Positions 1 through 12,000 of a stretch of DNA of 64,000 nucleotides are shown here, one piece after another. This DNA is from Camelus ferus (Eukaryota). The translations under genes were made by a program, and so were the position numbers. A model generated the notes under the pieces. It ran no database searches, was not told where the DNA came from, and was given only the letters and a program-made list of their open reading frames with translations. The number at the start of each line of letters is the position of its first letter. The stretch's first letter is position 1. The DNA lies in NCBI RefSeq assembly GCF_009834535.1, contig NC_045697.1, positions 119,848,001 to 119,912,000 on the forward strand, written 5' to 3'.

Positions 1-3000
1 CACCACAAGATGCCTGGGGGCACAGTTTCTCTCTGTCTGGGAGAAGTCCGCTAATTACCTCTACAGTCAATATCTGGGCAATCCTGGCTACTTGGATTTC
101 CAGCCGAACCCCCAGTTTCCCTCGCAGCCCGCCCTGGAAAACACTCAGAGGTTATAAGCTAGGTTTCTATTGGAACCCAGGTTCTGCAGACAATTGTAGG
201 AAACTCCCCACAGTCAGAATAACAGAACAATTCTTTGAGTGTCTGATTTAGATGGGTAAACTAAATCCACGCATGTTTCAGTTTGTATAGCAGTTCCTAG
301 GTGGTGGGAGGTCGGATAATTACATCCAATGTCCATGGGGAGTCCCTTGATGTTGCTTGGATTCCAGCCCAACCCCCAGCGTTCCCTCGCATCCCGGCCT
401 TTGAAAACACTCAGGGAAAAAAAGCTACAGTTTGTATAAGAACTAAGGCGCTCTTGAAATTTGTAGAAACCTCCCTACACTAAGGAAACAGAACACAACT
501 TTGTGTGAGTGATGGAGTAGGAAAACACAGTAAGGCATGTCTCTGGGGTGCAGGTTTTCGCAGGATAGGAAACGTTGGCTAAGTATCTCCACAGCCCATG
601 GGGAGGCACTCTGTTTTTCTTCGTTTTCCAGCCCTACTCCCATGTTTCCCTTGCAGCCCGGGTTGGAAAACACCCAGGGATGACAAACTAAATAATTCTA
701 TCAGAACCAAGGCGCTGCTGTCTGTTGGAGGAACCTCCACACACACAGGATTAATAAACACGTCTTTGCTTTGGAGAATTGTGAAGCCCCACTCCACACA
801 TATGTCTGAGGGCACAAGTTTTTCCCTGTTAGGTAGAAGTCCGCTAATTACCTCTGCAGACCATCGTGGGGCACTCGCTTCTACTTGGATTTCCATCCCA
901 AACCCCAGGATTCCCTTGCAGCCCGGCCTGGGAAAACACATAGGGAAAAGTATTTACTGGTGCTGTTAGAACACATGCGCTTCTGACAATTGTGGAAAAC
1001 TACGAACACTCATGATAACAGCGTACATCTATCTGTGTTTGATGGAGTATTAAAACACACTCCAGGCATTTTTTTGGGGATCCAGTTTTTCCCAGGTTGG
1101 GAGATATCGGCTAGATTCCTTCACTGCCCATGGGGATGCATTGACTTCTTCGTTTTCAAGCCCAACTCCCAACTTTCACTTGCATCACGGTCTAGGATTA
1201 TACCCAGGGATGACTGTCTATGTGATTTTATCAGAGCTATGATGCTGCTGTCTATTTTAGGAACTTCCAGACCCTTAGGATTCTGGATCACGTCTATGCT
1301 TGGGGATAGCTTTGGAGACCCACACCACAGAGATGGCTGGGGCACAGATTTTTCCCTGTTAGGGAGATGTCCCCTAATTACTTCCACAGTCCATCTCGGG
1401 TCACTCACTGCTACATGGCTTTCCAGCACAAGTGCAGCTTTCCCTCGCAGGCCGGCCTGGAAAACAATCAGGGATAATAACCCAGTGGTTCTATTGGAAC
1501 CCAGGTGCTGCAGAACATTGTAGGATACTCCGCACACCCAGGAAAACAGAACACTTCTTTGTGTGTCCATTGAAGTTTTGTAAAAATACTCCTCGCGTGT
1601 ATCAGGGGTTAAGGTGTTGCTAGATAGTGGGAGTTCGGATAATTCCCACCAATGCCCATGGGGAGGCACTCGCTCATGCTTGGCTTTCCAGCCCAAACCC
1701 CAGGTTTCCCTCTCAGCCCGGCCTGGGAAAACACTCAGGGATTATATGCTACTGGTTGTATGGGAACCCAGTAGCTAACTACCGTTGTAGGCTCCTTCCC
1801 ACATCTGGGAAAACAGAAGAAATCTTTGTGTGTCTGATGGAGATGGGTAAACAAACTACACGCATATTTCAGGGGGCACAGGTGTTCCAAGGCTGTGGGA
1901 CGTCGGAAAATTACCTCAAATTCTCATGGGGAGTATCTCAATGCTGCTACGAAATACAGCCAAACCCACAGCTTTACCTCGCCACTAGGCGTGTATAAAA
2001 ACTCACGGAATAGGAAATACTGGTGCTATTAGAACCCAGGCACTGCTGATATTTGTAGAATCCTCCCCACACTCAGGATATCAGAACACATCTTTGTGTG
2101 TGTGATGGTGTAGGAAAATTCACTCCAGGCATATTTCTGGTGTTACAGCTGTTCCCAGGTTTGGAGATGTCGCCTAATTACCTCCACTGCCAATGGGGAG
2201 GCAATCTATAATTCTACGTTTTCCAGACAAACTCCCAAATGTCCCTTGCAGCCCGGCCTAAGAAAACACCTAGATATGACAATATTAGTGATTCTATGAG
2301 AAACCCATCACTGCTGCCTCTTGGAGGTACAACACAAACTAAAAATTCGGGAACATGGCTTTGCTTGGTGGAGGTGTGGAGATCAACACCACAAGATTCC
2401 TGGGGGCACATTTCTCTCTCTCTGGGAGAAGTCCGCTAATTACCTCTACAGTCAATCTCTGGGCACTCGTTGCTACTTGGCTTTCAAGCCAAACCCCAAG
2501 CTTTCCCTAGCATCCCGCACAGGAAAACACTCAGAAATAATAAGTTAATGGTTCTATTGGAACTCAAGCACTGCAGACCGTTGTAGGAACCTCCGCACAC
2601 GTAGGATAACAGAAAAATTTTTTTGTGTCTCATTGAGATGGTAAAAGCTCCACGCATGTTTCAGGGTGTACTGGTGTTCCTAGGGTTTGGGAGTTCAGAT
2701 ACAACCAACTACAGCCCATGGGGAAGTACTCGAACCTGCTTGACTTTGCAGCCAATCCCCCAGTTTCCTTGGCAACCCAGCCTGAGGAAACAATCAGGAA
2801 ATGTAGCTAAAGTTTCTATCAGAACCCAGGTGCTGCAGTCTGCTGTAGGAACTTCAACACACACAGGATTCCCAAACACGGCTTTGCTTGGAAAAGTTTT
2901 GAATCCCCAATCCACAAACATGGATGGGGGCACAAGTTTTTCTCTGTTAGGGAGAAGTCCGCGAATTAGCTCTACAGTCTTTCTCTGGCACCTGCTGCTA

Positions 3001-6000
3001 CTTGGAATTCCAGCCCAACCCCCATGTTTCCCTTTCAGCCCAGCCTGTGTTAACACAGAGGGAAAAGAAGCTATTGGTTCTATTTGAACCCATGCCCTGC
3101 TGATAATTTTGGAAACCTTCGAACACTCAGGATAACAGAAGATACCTTTCTGTGTGTGACGGAGTAGGAAAACACAATCCAGGAATGTTTCTGGGGGTAC
3201 AGCTTTTCCCAGGTTGGGAGATGTCGAATAATTTCCTCTGCTTCCAATGGGGAGGCACTCTATACTTCTTCGCTTTCCAGACCAACTCCCAGGTTTCCTT
3301 TGAAGCCCGGCCTAAGGAAACACCTAGGTATGACAATATTAGCGATTCTATCAGAACCCCCTCTCTGCTGACTGTTGGAAGTACAACACACACTCAAAAT
3401 TCCGGAATATGGCTTTGCTTTGTGGAGGTATGGAGACCAACACCACAATATGCCTGGGGGCACAGTTTCTCTCTGTCTGGGAGAAGTCCGCTAATTACCT
3501 CTACAGTCAATATCTGGACAATCCTGGCTAATTGGGTTTCCAACCGAATCTCCAGTTTCCCTCGCAGCCCACCCTGGGACACACTCAGATATTATAAGCT
3601 AGTGGTTCTATTGGAACCAAGGCACTGCAGACCGTTGTAGGAAGCTCCGCACACGCAGGATAACAGAACAATTTTTTTGTGTTTCATTGAGATGGTAAAA
3701 ATTCCACGCATGTTTCAGGGGGTACAGGTATTCCTAGGTTGGGGGAGGTCAGATTATTCCCATTAATGACCATGGGGAAGTAATTGCTCCTGCTTGGATA
3801 TCCATCATATCCCCCAGTTTCCCTTGCAACCCAGTCAGAGAAAACAGTCAGGAAATATAGCTAAAGTTTCTATTAGAACCCAGGCGCTGCTGACAGTTGT
3901 AGAAACCTCCCCATACACAGGGTAACAGAACACATTTTTGTGTGTGAGATGGAGTAGGAATACACAGTACATGCATGTATCTGGGGTGCAGGTTTAACCA
4001 GTTTGGGAGACGTTGGCTAAGTATCTCCACAGCCCATGGGGAGGCACTCAGTTTTCTTCGATTTCCAGCCCTACTCCCAGGATCCCATGCAGCCCGGGTT
4101 AGGAAATCACCCAGGGATTACAAACTAAATCATTTTATCAGAACCAGCGCGCTGCTGTATGTGTTGAGGAACCTCCAAACACTCAGGATTCCAGAACACG
4201 GAATTGCTTGGTGCGAATTGTGAAGCCCCACAGCACACTCATTCCTGGGGTCCCAAGATTTTCCCTTTTAGGGCCAAGTCCGCTAATTACCTCCATAGTC
4301 CATCTCGAGGCACTCGCTGCTACTTGGATTCCCAGCCCAACCCCCATGTTTCCCTTGCAGCCCGGCCTGGGTTAACACAGAACGAAAAAAAGCTTTTGGT
4401 GTTATTCGAACCCATGCCCTGCTGACAATTGTGGAAAACTTCGAAAACTCAGGATAAGAGAACATAACTTTCTGTGTGTGATGGAGTAGGAAAACACACT
4501 CCAGGCATTTTTATATGGATCCAGGTTTTCCCAGGTTGGGACATGTCGGCTAGGTTCCTTCAGTGCCCATGGGGTGGCACTGTCTTCTTTTTCATTTTCA
4601 AGCCCAGCTCCCAGCTTTCCCTTGAAGCCCGGACAATGAAACACCCATGGATGAAAAATAAGTGATTCTATCAGAAAAAAGGCGTTGCTGTCTGTTGGAG
4701 GAACCTCCAAACCTTCAGCATTCTGGAACACGTCTTTGATTGTGGGGAGTTGTGGAACCCCAATCCACGCAGATGGATGGGGTCACAGATTTGTCCCTGT
4801 TAGGGAGAAGTCCGCTAATTACCTCCACAGTGCATCTTGGGGCACTCATTTCTTCTTAGATTTTCAGTCTATCCCCCAGTTTTCACTCGCAGCCCGGCCT
4901 TGTAAAACACTCAGTTATAATAAGCTAGGTTTCTATTGGAACCCAGGTTCTGCAGACAATTGTAGGAACATCCACACAGTCAGAATAACAGAACAATTCT
5001 TTGAGTGTCTGATTTAGATGGGTAAACTAAATCCACGCATGTTTCAGTTTGTATAGCAGTTCCTAGGTGGTGGGAGTTCGGATAATTACATCCAATGTCC
5101 ATGGGGAGTCCCTTGCTGTTGCTTGGATTCCAGCCCAACCCCCAGCATTCCCTCGCATCCCGGCCTTTGAAAACACTCAGGGAAAAAAAGCTACAGTTTG
5201 TATAAGAACTAAGGCGCTCTTGAAATTTGTAGAAACCTCCCTACACTAAGGAAAACAGAACACAGATTTGTGTGAGTGATGGAGTAGGAAAACACAGTAA
5301 GGCATGTCTCTGGGGTGCAGGTTTTCGCAGGATGTGAAATGTTGGCTAATTACCTCCGCTGCCCATGGGGCAGCACTCTATTCTTCTTCGATATCCAGCC
5401 CTAATCCTAGCATTCCCTTGCAGCCCGACCGTGGAAAACACCCAGGGATGACAAACTAAATCATTCTATCAAACCAGGGCGCTGCTGTATGTTGGAGGAA
5501 CCTCCAAACACTCAGGATTCCGGAACACGGTTTGCTTGTTGCGAATTGTGAAGCCACACAGCACACTCATTGCTGGGGCCCAAGATTTTCCCTTTTAGGG
5601 CCAAGTCCGCTAATTAACTCAATAGTCCATCTCGGGGCACTCGCTGCTACTTGGATTTCCAGCCCAAACCCAAGCTTTCCCTCGCATCCTGGCCTGGGAA
5701 AACACACAGGGAAAATATGTTATTGGTTATAATGGATCCCAGTCTCTACGTAAATTTGTAGGAACATTCCCACAACTAGGATAAAAGAAGAAACATTTGT
5801 GTGTCTGATGGTGATGAGTAAACAAACTCCAAGCATGTATCAGGGGGCTTAGGTGTTCCAAGGCTGTGGGACGTCGGAAAATTTCCTCAAATTCTCATGG
5901 GGAGTAACTCGCTGCTGCTACGAATTACAGCCATGCCCACAGATTTACCTCGCAGCCAGGCCTGTGAAAACACTCACGGAAAACTAAATTCTGGTGCTTC

Positions 6001-9000
6001 TAGGATCCAGGCGCTGCTGAAACTTGTAGAATCCTCCACACACTCATGATAGCAGAACAAATTTTTGTGTGTGTGATGGTGTAGGAAAATACACTACAGG
6101 CATGTTTCTGGTGTTACAGCTGTTCCCAGGTTTGGAGATGTCGCCTAATTACCTCCACTTCCAATGGGGAGGCACACTATACTTCTTCGCTTTCCAGACC
6201 AACTCCCAAATATCCCTTGCAGCCCGGCCTAAGGAAACACCTAAGGATGGCAATATTAGCGATTCTGTCAGAACCCACGCTCTGCTGCCTGTTGGAAGTA
6301 CAACACACACTCAAAATTCCGGAATATGGCTTTGCTTTGTGGAGGTATGGAGACCAACACCACAATATGCCTGGGGGCACAGTTTCTCTCTGTCTGGGAG
6401 AAGTCCGCTAATTACCTCTACAGTCAATATCTGGACAATCCTGGCTAATTGGGTTTCCAACCGAATCTCCAGTTTCCCTCGCAGCCCACCCTGGGACACA
6501 CTCAGATATTATAAGCTAGTGGTTCTATTGGAACCAAGGCACTGCAGACCGTTGTAGGAAGCTCCGCACACGCAGGATAACAGAACAATTTTTTTGTGTT
6601 TCATTGAGATGGTAAAAATTCCACGCATGTTTCAGGGGGTACAGGTATTCCTAGGTTGGGGGAGGTCAGATTATTCCCATTAATGACCATGGGGAAGTAA
6701 TTGCTCCTGCTTGGATATCCATCATATCCCCCAGTTTCCCTTGCAACCCAGTCAGAGAAAACAGTCAGGAAATATAGCTAAAGTTTCTATTAGAACCCAG
6801 GCGCTGCTGACAGTTGTAGAAACCTCCCCATACACAGGGTAACAGAACACATTTTTGTGTGTGAGATGGAGTAGGAATACACAGTACATGCATGTATCTG
6901 GGGTGCAGGTTTAACCAGTTTGGGAGACGTTGGCTAAGTATCTCCACAGCCCATGGGGAGGCACTCAGTTTTCTTCGATTTCCAGCCCTACTCCCAGGAT
7001 CCCATGCAGCCCGGGTTAGGAAATCACCCAGGGATTACAAACTAAATCATTTTATCAGAACCAGCGCGCTGCTGTATGTGTTGAGGAACCTCCAAACACT
7101 CAGGATTCCAGAACACGGAATTGCTTGGTGCGAATTGTGAAGCCCCACAGCACACTCATTCCTGGGGTCCCAAGATTTTCCCTTTTAGGGCCAAGTCCGC
7201 TAATTACCTCCATAGTCCATCTCGAGGCACTCGCTGCTACTTGGATTCCCAGCCCAACCCCCATGTTTCCCTTGCAGCCCGGCCTGGGTTAACACAGAAC
7301 GAAAAAAAGCTTTTGGTGTTATTCGAACCCATGCCCTGCTGACAATTGTGGAAAACTTCGAAAACTCAGGATAAGAGAACATAACTTTCTGTGTGTGATG
7401 GAGTAGGAAAACACACTCCAGGCATTTTTATATGGATCCAGGTTTTCCCAGGTTGGGACATGTCGGCTAGGTTCCTTCAGTGCCCATGGGGTGGCACTGT
7501 CTTCTTTTTCATTTTCAAGCCCAGCTCCCAGCTTTCCCTTGAAGCCCGGACAATGAAACACCCATGGATGAAAAATAAGTGATTCTATCAGAAAAAAGGC
7601 GTTGCTGTCTGTTGGAGGAACCTCCAAACCTTCAGCATTCTGGAACACGTCTTTGATTGTGGGGAGTTGTGGAACCCCAATCCACGCAGATGGATGGGGT
7701 CACAGATTTGTCCCTGTTAGGGAGAAGTCCGCTAATTACCTCCACAGTGCATCTTGGGGCACTCATTTCTTCTTAGATTTTCAGTCTATCCCCCAGTTTT
7801 CACTCGCAGCCCGGCCTTGTAAAACACTCAGTTATAATAAGCTAGGTTTCTATTGGAACCCAGGTTCTGCAGACAATTGTAGGAACATCCACACAGTCAG
7901 AATAACAGAACAATTCTTTGAGTGTCTGATTTAGATGGGTAAACTAAATCCACGCATGTTTCAGTTTGTATAGCAGTTCCTAGGTGGTGGGAGTTCGGAT
8001 AATTACATCCAATGTCCATGGGGAGTCCCTTGCTGTTGCTTGGATTCCAGCCCAACCCCCAGCATTCCCTCGCATCCCGGCCTTTGAAAACACTCAGGGA
8101 AAAAAAGCTACAGTTTGTATAAGAACTAAGGCGCTCTTGAAATTTGTAGAAACCTCCCTACACTAAGGAAAACAGAACACAGATTTGTGTGAGTGATGGA
8201 GTAGGAAAACACAGTAAGGCATGTCTCTGGGGTGCAGGTTTTCGCAGGATGTGAAATGTTGGCTAATTACCTCCGCTGCCCATGGGGCAGCACTCTATTC
8301 TTCTTCGATATCCAGCCCTAATCCTAGCATTCCCTTGCAGCCCGACCGTGGAAAACACCCAGGGATGACAAACTAAATCATTCTATCAAACCAGGGCGCT
8401 GCTGTATGTTGGAGGAACCTCCAAACACTCAGGATTCCGGAACACGGTTTGCTTGTTGCGAATTGTGAAGCCACACAGCACACTCATTGCTGGGGCCCAA
8501 GATTTTCCCTTTTAGGGCCAAGTCCGCTAATTAACTCAATAGTCCATCTCGGGGCACTCGCTGCTACTTGGATTTCCAGCCCAAACCCAAGCTTTCCCTC
8601 GCATCCTGGCCTGGGAAAACACACAGGGAAAATATGTTATTGGTTATAATGGATCCCAGTCTCTACGTAAATTTGTAGGAACATTCCCACAACTAGGATA
8701 AAAGAAGAAACATTTGTGTGTCTGATGGTGATGAGTAAACAAACTCCAAGCATGTATCAGGGGGCTTAGGTGTTCCAAGGCTGTGGGACGTCGGAAAATT
8801 TCCTCAAATTCTCATGGGGAGTAACTCGCTGCTGCTACGAATTACAGCCATGCCCACAGATTTACCTCGCAGCCAGGCCTGTGAAAACACTCACGGAAAA
8901 CTAAATTCTGGTGCTTCTAGGATCCAGGCGCTGCTGAAACTTGTAGAATCCTCCACACACTCATGATAGCAGAACAAATTTTTGTGTGTGTGATGGTGTA

Positions 9001-12000
9001 GGAAAATACACTACAGGCATGTTTCTGGTGTTACAGCTGTTCCCAGGTTTGGAGATGTCGCCTAATTACCTCCACTTCCAATGGGGAGGCACACTATACT
9101 TCTTCGCTTTCCAGACCAACTCCCAAATATCCCTTGCAGCCCGGCCTAAGGAAACACCTAAGGATGGCAATATTAGCGATTCTGTCAGAACCCACGCTCT
9201 GCTGCCTGTTGGAAGTACAACACACACTCAAAATTCCGGAATATGTCTTTGCTTGGTGGAGGTATGGAGACCAACACCACAAGATGCCTGGGGGCACAGT
9301 TTCTCTCTGTCTGGGAGAAGTCCGCTAATTACCTCTACAGTCAATATCTGGGCAATCCTGGCTACTTGGATTTCCAGCCGAACCCCCAGTTTCCCTCGCA
9401 GCCCACCCTGGAAAACACTCAGAGATTATAAGCAAGTGGTTCTATTGGAACCCAAGCACTGCAGATCGTTGTAGGAAGCTCTGCACACACAGGATAACAG
9501 AACAATTTTTTTGTGTCTGATTGAGTTGGTAAACACTCCACGCATGTTTCAGAGGTACAGGTTTTCCTAGGTTGGGGGAGGTCAGATTATTCCCATTAAT
9601 GCCCATGGGAAGTTAATCGCTCCTGCTTGGATTTCCATCTCATCCCCGAGTTTCCCTTGAAACCCAGTCAGATAAAACAGTCAGGAAATTTAGCTAAAGT
9701 TTCTATTAGAACCCAGAAGCTGCTGAGAGTTGTAGAAAGTTCCCCATACACAGGGTAACAGAACACTTCTTTGTGTGTGTGATTGAGTAGGATAACACAC
9801 TCCATGCATGTTTCTGGGGTGCAGTTGTAACCAGGCTGTGAGACGTTGGCTAAGTATCTCCACAGCACATGGGGAGGCACTCTGTTTTTCTTCATTTTCC
9901 AGCCCTACTCCAAGATTTCCCTTGAGCCCGTGTTAGGGAAACACCCAGGGATGACAAACTAATTGATTCTAACAGAACCCAGGCGCTGCTGTCGGTTGGA
10001 GGAACCTGCACACACACAGAATTAACAAAAACGTCTTTGCTTGGGGGAATTGTGAAGCACCACTATACACATATGGCTGATTGCACAAGTTTGTCCCTGT
10101 TAGGTAGAAGTCCGCTAATTACCTCAACAGACCATCGTGGGGCACTCACTGCTACTTGGAATTCCATCCCAACCCCCAGGATTCCCTTGCAGCCTGGCCT
10201 GGGCTAACACACAGGGAAAAGAATCTACTGGTGCTATTAGAACACATGCGCTGCTGACAATTGTGGAAAACTTCGAACACTCATGATAACAGAGCACATC
10301 TTTCTGTGTGTGATGGAGAAGTAAAACACACTCCAGGCATTTTTCTGGGGATCCAATTTTTCCCAGGTTCGGAGATGTCCCCTAGATTCCTTCACAGCCC
10401 ATGTCGATGAATTGACTTCTTCTTCATTTTCAAGCCCAACTCCCAAATTTCCCTTGCATCCCGGTCTAGGATTATACTGAGGGATGACAGTCTAAGTGAT
10501 TTTATCAGAGCTACGATGCTGTTATATTATTTAGGAACTTCCAGAAACTTAGGATTCTGTATCATGGCTATGCTTGGGGGTAGATTTGGAGACCCACACC
10601 ACAGAGATGCCTGGGGGCACAGGTTATTCCCTGTTAGGGAGATGTCCGCTAATTACCTCCACAGTCCATCTCGGGTCACTCGCTGCTACATGGCTTTCCA
10701 GCACAAGCGCAGCATTCAATGAAGTCCGGACAGGGAATCTATCAGGGATAATAAGCCAGTGGTTCTATTGGAACCCAGGTCCTGCAGAACATTGTAGGAT
10801 ACTCCCGGCACCCATGAAAAGAGAACACTTCTTTCTGTGTCTCATGCAGTTTGGTAAAAATTCTCCACGCGTGTTTCAGTGAGTTAAGGTTTTCCTAGAT
10901 AGTGGGAGTTCGGGTATTTCCCTCCAATGCCCATGGGGAGGCACTCGCTCCTGCTTGGATTTCCAGCCCAACCCCCAGCTTTCCCTCTAACCCCGGCCTG
11001 GGAAAACAATCAGGGATAATAAGCCAGTGGTTCTATTGGAACCCAGGTGCTGCAGAAAATTGTAGGATACTCCGCACACCCAGGAAAACAGAACACTTCT
11101 TTGTGTGTCCATTGAAGTTTCGTAAAAATACTCCACGCGTGTATCAGGGGTTAAGGTGTTGCTAGATAGTGGGAGTTCGGATAATTCCCACCAATGCCCA
11201 TGGGGAGGCACTCGCTCATGCTTGGCTTTCCAGCCCAAACCCCAGGTTTCCCTCTCAGCCCGGCCTGGGAAAACACTCAGGGATTATATGCTACTGGTTG
11301 TATGGGAACCCAGAAGCTAACTACCGTTGTAGGCTCCTTCCCACATCTGGGAAAACAGAAGAAATCTTTGTGTGTCTGATGGAGATGGGTAAACAAAATA
11401 CACGCATATTTCAGGGGGCACAGGTGTTCCAAGGCTGTGGGACGTCGGAAAATTACCTCAAATTCTCATGGGGAGTATCTCAATGCTGCTACGAAATACA
11501 GCCAAACCCACAGCTTTACCTCGCCACTAGGCGTGTGTAAAAACTCACGGAATAGGAAATACTGGTGCTATTAGAACCCAGGCACTGCTGATATTTGTAG
11601 AATCCTCCCCACACTCAGGATATCAGAACACATCTTTGTGTGTGTGATGGTGTAGGAAAATTCACTCCAGGCATATTTCTGGTGTTACAGCTGTTCCCAG
11701 GTTTGGAGATGTCGCCTAATTACCTCCACTGCCAATGGGGAGGCAATCTATAATTCTACGTTTTCCAGACAAACTCCCAAATGTCCCTTGCAGCCCGGCC
11801 TAAGAAAACACCTAGTTATGACAATATTAGTGATTCTATGAGAAACCCATCACTGCTGCCTCTTGGAGGTACAACACAAACTAAAAATTCGGGAACATGG
11901 CTTTGCTTGGTGGAGGTGTGGAGACCAACACCACAAGATTCCTGGGGGCACATTTCTCTCTCTCTGGGAGAAGTCCGCTAATTACCTCTACAGTCAATCT

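Noticed and set aside
615..640. Possible CENP-B box in cttcgttttccagccc / cttcgttttcaagccc
   Set aside because: It has TTCG but lacks the downstream A..CGGG of the NTTCGNNNNANNCGGGN core. I saw no match on either strand by eye, so a motif scan is needed to be sure.
2094..2106. (TG)n microsatellite-like runs
   Set aside because: They are only 4-5 units long and are a fixed part of the class C monomer.
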